DNA from: Octopus sinensis | Lineage: Eukaryota | Direction: 5' to 3' | DNA length: 20,727 nucleotides | Assembly: GCF_006345805.1 (NCBI RefSeq) | Contig: NW_021823924.1 | Span: forward strand, 1-20,727 | Shown here: piece after piece, positions 10,225 through 20,367 of the stretch | Layout of the letters: each line of letters begins with the position of its first letter | Numbering within the stretch: position 1 is the stretch's first letter | Notes under the pieces: generated by a model | Databases searched by the model: none | Told to the model about the DNA's origin: nothing | The model's input: only the letters and a program-made list of their open reading frames with translations | Translations under genes and position numbers: made by a program

Positions 10225-10656
10225 TAGCTTGCTTACGAACCACATGACCCAGGGTTCAGTCCCACTGCGTGGAAACTTGGGCAAGTGTCTTCTTCTATTG
10301 CCTCGGGCCGACCAAAGCCTTGTGAGTGGATTTGGTAGACGGAAACTGACAGAATCCCGTCGTATATATGTATATGTATATATATTATATATATATATAT
10401 TATATATATCTGTGGTGTGTGTGTGTGTATGTGTGTGTGTGGTCTATATTTTGTGTGTCTGTGTTTGTCCCCGAAATTGTGTTTGACCACCGATACTGTG
10501 TGTCGTCCCCCGTAACTTAGCGGTTCGGCAAAAAAGACGTAGATAAATAAGTACTAGGCTTACAAAGAATAAGTCCTTTACTCGACTAAAGACAGTGCTC
10601 CAGCATGGCCTCAGTCAAACGACTGAAACAAGTAAAAGACTAAAAGAGTAAAAGAG
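10225..10656 (+). mobile_element. 5'-truncated tRNA-derived SINE with internal microsatellite
   Basis: B-box-like gggttcagtccc, cttgggcaagtgtcttct core, 3' body and an (AAAAGAGT)n tail abutting (TA)n. Confidence 0.9.
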
Positions 10657-10974
10657 AATATATATATATATATATATATATATATTACAGACATAGAGTG
10701 CGGCGATAAGGGAGATATGCTAATCGTAGCAGTGTATATCACTCTTAACGCCAGGCATTGAATGACAAAGATTAAGAAAATTGGGCTAAATCTAATTAAC
10801 CTTGTCATATTGACTCCCATTCAAACTAACAATAACTTTACAGATACTCTACAATGGAACCTTCTTATAGATTTATTTATTTATTTATTTATTTATTGTA
10901 AGGGATCCTGCTGCTGTTATACTGTGGTACAAGACCTTGTATCCTCTGCCCAAATTCTTTTCCTACACATACGC

Positions 10975-11128
10975 ACGCACACACACGCACACACACAGGC
11001 ACACACACACATACACAAACACAAGCACGCGCGAGCACACGCACACACTATGTATATATGTATATATAAATATATACATATATACATATATACGTAAATA
11101 TAATTATATATATACAGGTATATACAGG

Positions 11129-11165
<37 letters not shown>

Positions 11166-11210
11166 GTATACACAGATATACATATACTCCGACGCACACA
11201 CATATATGTA
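10975..11210. repeat. (CA)n/(TA)n microsatellite cluster
   Basis: Directly visible. Confidence 0.9.
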
Positions 11211-11269
11211 TGGTTGAGTGGACAAAGCCAGAAAAAGGCATCCAACAGATTTAGGGACCGAATCAAACT

Positions 11270-11271
<2 letters not shown>

Positions 11272-11341
<70 letters not shown>
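11272..11341. repeat. (TAA)13(TTA)10 tract containing a 62-bp perfect palindrome
   Basis: 11280-11341 is its own reverse complement, centred at 11310/11311. Confidence 0.95.
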
Positions 11342-11522
11342 GGGGGTGATAATAATATGTGTGTGTAAATGGTATCAGTATTGTTGAGGTCAGTGTAGTG
11401 TTCCCGTTGACTCTATTCTACGCTTGTATGACTGCCGACATTGTAAGGGTTCAGTGATCTGAGAAGTTCTCTCCTCTTTCTCTTTCTTTCCCGCATACAT
11501 ATAACATATCTATATACACTCA

Positions 11523-11571
<49 letters not shown>

Positions 11572-11790
11572 TATATGGAAAGGGAGAGAGAAAGAGTGCG
11601 AGATAGAGAGAGAGGGAGAAAGATACACAGACACACACATAAATATATCTGTCTTCTCCATTATGTATGTATGTATGTATGTATTATGTATCTATCTATC
11701 TATCTATAAACACACGTATGTATGCATATACTTGTATATATGAGTGCATGCATGTGTCAGTGTGTATAAGTATATACATGCATATACATA

Positions 11791-12040
11791 AATTATAATT
11801 TAAGGCATCTAAGAGATACCGCAACGCCGGAACTAGCAGCCAAAACATGACTAAAAAACCACATTACATGTTCATACAGCACAAGGAGATAAGACAAAAA
11901 GACAAAATAAACTGCCCTAAAAGTACTGAATAATTCCAGATCCCGGATTTCTGGCTTTGCATAAGAAATGCTTTGCCTCTTCAGGTTTTGGCTGCTATTT
12001 CCAGCGTGGCGGTATCTCTCAGATACCTGAAGTTATAATT
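11791..12040. mobile_element. 250-bp element with 60-bp terminal inverted repeats (MITE-like, or inverted Penelope-type remnant)
   Basis: 11791-11850 versus the reverse complement of 11981-12040 gives 52/60 ungapped matches. Confidence 0.7.
11936..11991 (-). ncRNA. Hammerhead-ribozyme-like motif (extra A before GAAA, poor local stem I)
   Basis: Minus strand reads CUGAAGA-GGC AAA GCAU UUCUU AUGC AAA GCC-A-GAAA-UCC GGGA UC|UGG. Confidence 0.45.
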
Positions 12041-12138
12041 TTAATAATAATTATTACCTTTGAAGGTTTTTATTCCCATGCAGGCCACTTGATAAGATCG
12101 ATATTTAAATTAACGATCTTACCTTATATATATATATG

Positions 12139-12612
12139 TACTCTTACTCTTTACTCTTTTACTTGTTTTAGTCATTGGACTGTGGCCATGCTGAAGCACC
12201 GCCTTTTAGTCGAGCAAATCGACCCCAGGACTTATTCTTTGTAAGCCTAGTACTTATTCTATCGGTGTCTTTTGCCGAACCGCTAAGTTACGGGGATGTA
12301 AACTCACCAGCATCTGTTGTCAAGCGATGTTGGGGGGACAAACACAGACACACAAACATATACACACAAACATATACACACACACATACATACATACATA
12401 CACACAGACACAGACACACAGACCACACACACACACAACATATATATATATATATATATATATACGACGGGCTTCTTTCGGTTTCGGTCTACCAAATCCA
12501 CTCGCAAGGCTTCGGTTGTCCCAAGGCTATAGCTGAAGGTGCCACGCTGTGGGATTGACCCCGGAACCATGTGGTTGGTGAGCAAGCTACTTACCACACA
12601 GCCACTCCTACG

Positions 12613-12615
<3 letters not shown>
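12139..12615 (-). mobile_element. Near full-length tRNA-derived SINE with internal microsatellite, flanked by (TA)n
   Basis: Minus-strand head aggcgtaggagtggctgtgtggtaagtagc, same body and tail as 7928 and 10225. It has a 13-nt deletion between two AAG triplets at ~12538 relative to the 7928 copy. Confidence 0.92.
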
Positions 12616-12709
<94 letters not shown>

Positions 12710-12990
12710 GTATATGATTCTAACTTCTGTTCACTGATTCTCTGATTTTGTCCATTCTGTCTTCTATTCTCTGCATCATTCCCCACTCTCTAGCTCGTTC
12801 TACTCTTTACACCGGATGTTTGTTCTGATTAAATGCTAATTTACCTGTTCCCTATTGTTTGTATATCGTCCGACTTATAATATATTCAGCTATGTCTTCT
12901 AATGTCACTGTGGCTGTTGTTGAGGTTGTCACTGTTGCAAGGCAATGACAACGAAGTTACTGTTGATGGCGATAATGCATCTGCTGCTGC

Positions 12991-13143
12991 TCCGGCTCTA
13001 ATGATGATGATGATGATGATGATGATGACGATGAAGAAGACGATGACGATAACAACAACCATGATGATGATGATGATGATGATTGTAGTGGTGTTGATGG
13101 TGATGATGATGATGGTGATGATGATGATGATGATGATGATGAC

Positions 13144-13188
<45 letters not shown>

Positions 13189-13195
13189 ATGATGC
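12991..13195. repeat. (GAT)n triplet microsatellite with degenerate GTT/GCT flank
   Basis: Directly visible. It explains the poly-M/H/I ORFs. Confidence 0.95.
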
Positions 13196-13522
13196 TTCAC
13201 TCGACAGACTAGTTCTAATCCAGTAGAAAGAACTTTGATTGAAGGTGTCCCAGTTCAATCTGCTTTTTCATGTATAGTCTACCACAGACTACTCTGCTCC
13301 ATGTGCCATGTTTCAATACTGTAATGTGTGGATATCTGAATGTGATTGTCCTTTGTTGAATCGTTGTTGCTGTTGGTGGTGTTTAAGTAACGTGTATTTT
13401 TATCGATGTTTCCTATAATACTTGTTTTTCGTTTTGTCGTCTTCATGTGTCGTACGCTTTTTCAGCACTTTGATGCGAAAGTCTCCCAGATTAAGCGCAA
13501 TTTCTCCTGCGGGATGAAGGTT

Positions 13523-13930
13523 CAGTGTTACTTCGTTCTGACTTCTTCATACTGTTTTCTTGGCAGAGATAGTGGAGTGGTTTGCCATTAGATTCTCCAA
13601 CAACTTTATGGTTGTTGGTCAACAAGGAGCTCGTCCGGTCTTCGAAATGTCTTGTTTTTAAACCTACTTGATGTTGGGGTGGTTTGCCATTACCTTCCCC
13701 AACTGTTTTACTTCGTTCTGACTTGTTCATAGTGTTTTCTTGGCGGAGATATTGGAGTGTTTTGCCATTACATCCACCAACTTGATGGTTATTGGTCCAC
13801 AAGGAGCTCGTCCGGGTTTTGGCAGATTTTGCTTTTAACCCCGCTTGATGTCCAGAACATCCTTCTCACAAGATTAGCAAGCTACTCAAATGGGAGAGCC
13901 AGTTTAGTCACCGACCACTCGACCACGGAA
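13523..13930 (-). mobile_element. RTE/BovB-type 3'-tail repeat in a ~180-bp-period dimer, with a possible A-box head
   Basis: Units 13528-13674 and 13708-13851 are diverged copies. Minus strand ggggaaggtaatggcaaaccac and ggcaaaccactccactatctctgccaagaaaac resemble the BovB/Bov-A tail. Confidence 0.65.
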
Positions 13931-14363
13931 TAGGTAGGTGTATGTGGTACCTGACGCAGGTATTATAAGCTTGTGAAGAGATCCTTGACCTGACGTTTTT
14001 TCCTGAGTCTTCTTGTAGTAAAACAAACCCCCTCAAAAAAAAAAAAAAAACGGGCACAGTTTGGGCACAGTCGTTTTGGTGTCGTCTATTTATGACACCG
14101 ATTCAACGCTGACTTATTAGACATCCGATCTTTTAATTTTTCCCTCGTTCACTCCCCTCTCTCTGTTTATGTGTGTAAGCATATTTTTGTTCATGTGTAT
14201 GACGAGAGGGTAGGTATTTATGACAATCGCTTTGAATTAATAGGCTGTAATATCTTTCCTAGCTTACCAATCTTTTTAACTGTATGTGTATATTTTGGTG
14301 TATCCATGGGTCTCTACGTGTATATAATTGTTAACAATTTTACCACTTAACAACAGGTAGTAG

Positions 14364-14555
14364 TTTGTTTACGGCCGCGTAACTTAGCAGTTCGGTGAAA
14401 GATATCGGTAGAATAAGAACTAGATTTCAGAGAACAAGAACTGGTGGTGGGCGATGTGTTCGAGTAAACCCATCGAGTTGGTACTACCAGCACGGCTACA
14501 ATCCAATAACTCAAACAAGTAGAAGATAAAAGATAAAAGGTAAGAGATAAAAGAT
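14364..14555 (+). mobile_element. Degenerate 3' half of the microsatellite-containing SINE family
   Basis: cgtaacttagcagttcggtgaaagatatcggtagaataag...aaacaagtagaagataaaagataaaag. Confidence 0.7.
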
Positions 14556-14748
14556 ATATTATGGCATATCGTTCTTGTCGACATTCCATCGGCATATCAA
14601 TAAACATATCCTCCAATAATCTAGTGGATGGAGACAATATACGTTTGATAGATAAGAAGAAAAGAAACGGAAATTCAAACAGATTTTGAAAATTTGAATC
14701 CGTCTGAAAAAAGTAAGATGTTCCCCTTACTTCATCCCAGTCTAAGTG

Positions 14749-14777
14749 GATATATAATATATATGTATATACATATA

Positions 14778-14815
<38 letters not shown>

Positions 14816-14956
14816 ATTATAGTATATGGTATTGTATATGTATGTATGTATGTATGTATGGATGTATGTATGTATGTATGTATGTGCATGCATGTATGAT
14901 ATATATACACACACACACCACTATATATATCTATGTTATTAGTCATATAATATATA

Positions 14957-15004
<48 letters not shown>

Positions 15005-15130
15005 ATATTATATATATATTATTTGTGTGGTGTGTGTGTTGTGTGTGTTATAATATGAAATACACGAATATGTGTGGGTGAAGGTATTGTAATATATAAT
15101 ATTATATATATATATATGTATGTATTATGT
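14749..15130. repeat. (TACA)n/(TATG)n/(TA)n microsatellite cluster
   Basis: Directly visible. Confidence 0.93.
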
Positions 15131-15436
15131 TTGTATTATATAGCTGTGTAGTGGTGAGGGATATATGAGAATGCGGGTAAGTATATCTATATGAATATGT
15201 AATCATAATATGCATACGCAAAGATTTACATTTACCATTAATTTTTATATACTGTAGATATGATCAGTTAGAAAAAAAAGCTCGCTCAAACAGATTAATT
15301 TCATATTTTCTTATTAAATAAATATATACATGTGCACACACAAACATACACACACACACGTGTGTGTGTGCGTTGATGTGTACACAGATATAATGCATAT
15401 ACTGTTACATATAAGAATGCATTTAGTAATGGATTC

Positions 15437-15530
<94 letters not shown>
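15437..15530. repeat. (TCTA)n tetranucleotide microsatellite
   Basis: Directly visible. Confidence 0.97.
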
Positions 15531-15531
<1 letters not shown>

Positions 15532-15608
15532 ATCTACCTAGCTATTTATCTCTTCCTCCTGTCTCTACTCTTTTCCTCTTTTCCTTTCTTCCTCCCTCTC
15601 TCACTCTC

Positions 15609-15653
<45 letters not shown>

Positions 15654-16083
15654 CTATATATATATGTATGTATCTATATATATGTATATGGTAAATGGAT
15701 ACACACAAATATATGTGTGTGTGTATAAATAGTATTTTTGTGTTGATATACATACATGCACATCTATATCAGATTATGTATTTGCATAGACCTACGTACA
15801 CACGTCATTACGCAAACACATCTGCATTTACACATACGTGCGTGAATATGTACATACACATATACACAGGTAAGAGGAAATTGGTTAAAAGTTGAAATAA
15901 CTTTTTCTCATTCGTATAAAGGGAAATATATTTGTGCTGGAAAAAAAATTACTATAAAAGAAAAAAAAGCATACATGTGTATATAATCTTCTTTTGAAAT
16001 GTCTTAACGATATCTGTGTAACTATTTCCCTAAACACTCCGTGAAAGTACATAGCGTTCTCCATTGGTGAGTCAACAGGAAAA

Positions 16084-16100
16084 ACACACACACACACGCT

Positions 16101-16181
<81 letters not shown>

Positions 16182-16190
16182 TAAACACAT
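16084..16190. repeat. (CA)n microsatellite
   Basis: Directly visible. Confidence 0.97.
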
Positions 16191-16679
16191 GTATGGCCGA
16201 CTGTTATTTTAGCTTTTCTTTTTTCTTTTGTTTTCGATCATAGCACATAAAGTCAATAGGATGTTGATGTATATCAGCTTAAGAACAAAATGTTTGTATT
16301 TCAATTTTCAGTACGACACTGCTGAAGGCCAAGGCTCTACATGTGTCTAGCTAACTCACCGTATCAGTGGCAAACGAATTAACACTGGAACGTATACTAT
16401 AGATATATATTATATATATAATATATATATATATACATGCAAATAATATATATCAATATATGTGTATATGTGTTATATATATATATATATATATGTATTG
16501 GCTCGACATGAGGAGGATATATATATATATATATATACATATATATTAAAACTTACTTGAAAATGGATGCGTGGCGTTCGCTCATATAATAATATACATA
16601 ATATATAAATATATGCATATATACATACATATATGTACATACCTACATATATATGTATATATATACATGCACAAACGGG

Positions 16680-17028
16680 TACAGGACATCAAAAAACGCC
16701 AACAAAATGAGAAACGAGAACATAAAAAAACAAAAACATAGAAAAATACCTTTTTTCGAACAACGAAAGAAAACATAGAGAAACGAGACAGGCAACATAA
16801 AGAACATTCCCTTCATCAGTCGTTTCTTTTTTTCTACTCCATGTTTCAAAGGTAGGGACAAGACGCGACTTCGTTAAAACAGTCCTTCCCGCAAAGCAAA
16901 TGAAATAAAATTTGGGATTTTTTGCGGAGGGATAAAGTGGTAACAGAAACAGGATAGTAAGAACAAACAGTAAAAACAAACGGTGTGGAGGGCCGTTAAG
17001 TCAAGACGGTGTGAAGTGGTGAACGCTG
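16680..17028. mobile_element. Unclassified short repeat-like insert between (TA)n tracts
   Basis: A/C-rich block similar in layout to 1-218, bounded by microsatellites. It contains CTGATGA on the minus strand at 16813-16819. Family identity is inference. Confidence 0.3.
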
Positions 17029-17029
17029 G

Positions 17030-17031
17030 AT

Positions 17032-17078
<47 letters not shown>

Positions 17079-17085
17079 TTATATA

Positions 17086-17149
<64 letters not shown>

Positions 17150-17281
17150 TATGTATATATATATATATATATATATGCGTTGTATAATATATCATATATA
17201 TATATATATATATATATATAGATGTGTGGTGTGTGTGTGTGTGTGTGTGTGTTTGTGTGTGGTAGATATATAGATAGATAG
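17030..17281. repeat. (TA)n/(TG)n microsatellite cluster
   Basis: Directly visible. Confidence 0.95.
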
Positions 17282-17397
17282 ATTCAGATGAATATTGGTA
17301 CTTAAGATGAGGAACCAGATTTAGTACGGTATTATCCATACAATTTCAAAGTAAGGTGATTAAAATCAAAATAAGCAACAAGAATAACCAGAGGTAA

Positions 17398-17485
17398 TGC
17401 AATAAGATCGTTTCGTGCAACTTCATTTAATTGAACAAATGCAATCGTTACATCAATTTAAAATGTAGAGCAATCTTCAGCTGCA
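17398..17485 (-). ncRNA. Degenerate hammerhead-like motif with long loop II
   Basis: Minus strand reads UGCAG-CUGAAGA-UUGC..(~50 nt)..GCAC-GAAA-CGAUC|UUAUUGCA. Confidence 0.3.
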
Positions 17486-17927
17486 CAAAGACATAGAATT
17501 TAATTATATTAGAACAGATGGACACATTAGTATAATTATACCTAAAATCTCAAAGAAGTTAAGGAGATAGATAAAGAACATGTTGTCTCTACTTCAGCAT
17601 AGAAGTAACAAGTAAACGATGAATGATAAGAAAGATAAGCTCAGTTTTTTACAGAGATCGCTTCTTTGCTTCAGGACACAGGAAAACACTTCGTGTTGTT
17701 GTAAATCGTTATTCTAAGCTAAATCCATTACTATTACTTATAAACTAAACTACTTGAAAGTGTCTGCATTTTTTCCATCCGTCTCATTGGTGGACAAGGG
17801 TTGGAATTTGTGAACCTATCCTTTTGAAACTCCCAATTTTTCAGAAAGATGTTTGGAACACTCAGTCGTATAACTGAATTCTTCCATAGCCATGGATGAA
17901 AATAATAATCAGTATCTTGGATAATTG

Positions 17928-18157
17928 TGGAGGCGCGTGGCTTAGTGGTTAGGGTGTGAGCATCATGATCGTAAGATTGTGGTTTCGATTCCTGGACCGA
18001 GCGAAACACTTCATTTCACGTTGCTCCGGTCCACTCAGCTGGCAAAAATGAGTAACGCTGCGATGGACTGGCGTCCTGTCCAGCTGGGGAACACATACGC
18101 CATAGAAACCTGGAAACCGAGCCAATGAGCCTGGCTAGGCTTTAAATGGGCACATTT
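17928..18157 (+). mobile_element. tRNA-derived SINE of a third family
   Basis: A box gtggcttagtggttag and B-box-like ggtttcgattcc. The body tgcgatggactggcgtcctgtccag resembles V-SINE-type sequence; the domain assignment is unverified. Confidence 0.8.
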
Positions 18158-18506
18158 ATAATTTTATTATATGGATAGAATAATTAATTTTTTAAGTCCT
18201 TTGTTGTTATTCACATAAGTTAATTTTTTTCTTTCTGAGAACTGAAATCGGCTATGTTTCTTGGCCAAAATTTCAGTACTGGTACGGGATACGCTCTATT
18301 GGGTCTAAGATAAACAGCTAGGCATCCTGTATATTTTAAGCGGAATCCACTTTGTTCAGGGTATTCGGGCCAAGCTTCCGGTTTGTGGATAACTTGTTCC
18401 TTCTCCAAATTCGTTCTAACCGTCTTGGGGGCCCTGCTTTTCCTCCTCGCCCAAAATTAACGAAAGTTTTATATTCTTCAACCAATGATTTTTTTTGTAA
18501 ACAGAG

Positions 18507-18665
18507 ACAGTGAGTGGCCTAATGTTTAGCGCTGTTTGGCTAAAGAACACAAGATCGTGTGTTCGATTACTGAAGCACGCTACGTACATCATATCCCGAA
18601 GACCAGCCAAGCACTGAGAGGACGCATCTCTTTCCACCCGATGTTCCTGTGACTAAAGGGTGGGA
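18507..18665 (+). mobile_element. Degenerate tRNA-like head (probable old SINE)
   Basis: A-box-like gtggcctaatgtttagcg and B-box-like gtgttcgattac at tRNA-like spacing. Confidence 0.45.
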
Positions 18666-19181
18666 TAACTGAGCGGGTGTTTATACTATTCGCGACTACA
18701 TAAGCAATCGAATCAATTAGGGAAAGTGTGATACATAATATAAGGCCAGGTATTTGTCAATGTTTCCCTACGGATATTTGGCAACGACAATAAAGCATTC
18801 ACTGTCTGACACAAACTTTATTCCATTTCGTCTCGTTATACTTTTGACACAGACAATATAACTGTTGATATGATACTTACTGTTGACTCTGACCTTTTCA
18901 GGTGTATAATAATCAACATATCTATCTTTTGAGATATTGATATCCGTACTGGTATTGCAAAACACATAATTTAGAATTGATTTATTCTACCCAGAATGAA
19001 ATATTTGAAATATCCGAGTGACATAGACTTTGTTGTGGTGTTGCACTCCAAACATATATGATTATGCTCTAAGTATTATAAATTATGGTATGTGCGTTTA
19101 CGGTCGTATATTTGTGAGAATGTATTAGATATGCAAATATATATATATATATATATATATTGGATCATTTATATATATATA

Positions 19182-20367
19182 TTGGATCATGCCATAAATA
19201 ATGCAGTTTTTTCAATTGCATGAGCTTAAAGTTGGAGGAGGATGGGATAAACTACCTGCATCGACTTGCTGTAAAAGTAGGTAGTAATTTTACCTTGTGC
19301 TTATTCTTAGTGCAGGTTTTGAGGAGTGCAATTCGATTTTAACAGTTACTTTTTTCTAAGCTATAATGGAAGTGACAAAGGAGAATATTCGGCATATTTT
19401 GCTTTATGAATTCAATAAAGGCAACAACGCAATGTTAAGTGCGAGAAATATCAATGCAGTATATGGGGATCGGACAATAAGCGTAAACCAGTGTCAATGG
19501 TGGTTCCAGAAATTCCTAACCTGAAACTACAGCTTCGTCCTGGAAGAACTATAGCGCTCGACAGGGAAGTCCTGCAAACTCTGGTGGAACAAAATCTCAT
19601 CGCAACTGTAGAAGAACTAGTAGAGAAGCTTGGATTTGGTCTTTCAACCATTCAAGGACACCCGCGTGCCATCGAAAAAGTCAGCAAATTGGGTCAATGG
19701 GTTCCCACAAATTTTCCAAGTCCTAATCGCGCACAGAAGTGAATGTGTGCTCTTCTTTGCAATCACGTTCATGAATGAACCATTTTGGGACCGAATCGTA
19801 ACTGATGAAGAGAATGGGTTCTCTATAAAAATGGTCAGCGCCGAAGACAGTGGGTAGGGAAAGGAGAAACACCGGCACCCTAGGCTAGTTCTTCGCCTAC
19901 GTAAGGTGTTGCTATCTGTTTTTTGGTGGGATAGGAAAAGTTTAGTCCACTTTGAACTTTTAGACCCAAACCAAACGATAACAAATGAGATCTACTGCCA
20001 GTAGCTAGATGGGTTTAAGCCAACGCTAAAAGTAAAATGACCATCTTTTCAAGACGAAAGGTGTTCTTCCATCAGGATAATGCTCGGTCACATACAGCAA
20101 GGATAACATTCCAAAGGCTGGAACAGTTTGAGTGGGAAACGATGCCCCACTCACCATATTCGCCGGACACTGCTCCATCTGGTAATCATTTATTCCGCAA
20201 TCTTCAAAATCATTTGGACGGAAAAAAATGTATTCTGTATACGATATCAGAACATGGAAGAATATTTTTCGTCACAGACAAGTGAATTTTGGAAGAACGG
20301 CCTTGCAAGTCTACCAAATAGATGGGAAAGCATGGTAGAAAATGAAGGAGAGTATATTTTAGATTAA
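19182..20367 (+). mobile_element. Mariner (D34D) transposon with left TIR and full-length but disrupted transposase; right TIR missing
   Basis: TA followed by ttggatcatgccataaataatgcag. ATG at 19366 gives MEVTKENIRHILLYEFNKG...AVYGD...QCQWWFQKF. Other motifs are WVPT (for WVPH), a degenerate TGDEKW, HQDNA and YSPDTAPSG (3rd Asp to Gly, 34 spacing). Stop at 20365-20367, with several frameshifts and internal stops. Confidence 0.95.

Noticed and set aside
12886-13258. Poly-M/H/I ORFs with a signal-peptide-like start (MSLWLLLRLSLL)
   Set aside because: They derive from (GAT)n and a degenerate GTT/GCT repeat flank.
16795-16895. CTGATGA and GAAAC on the minus strand as a further hammerhead
   Set aside because: The order and pairing do not give convincing stems I-III in either a type I or a permuted topology.
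17928-18000. tRNA gene
   Set aside because: A and B boxes are present but I could not build a cloverleaf, and it continues into a SINE body. The same applies to the other tRNA-like heads.
18893-18947. Possible 55-nt minus-strand micro-exon (TDINISKDRYVDYYTPEK) with AG/GT borders
   Set aside because: Splice signals are only moderate, two frames are open and there is no homology. It needs RNA-seq.
19802-19808. CTGATGA on the plus strand
   Set aside because: It is the degenerate TGDEKW codon run of the mariner transposase, with no ribozyme stems around it.
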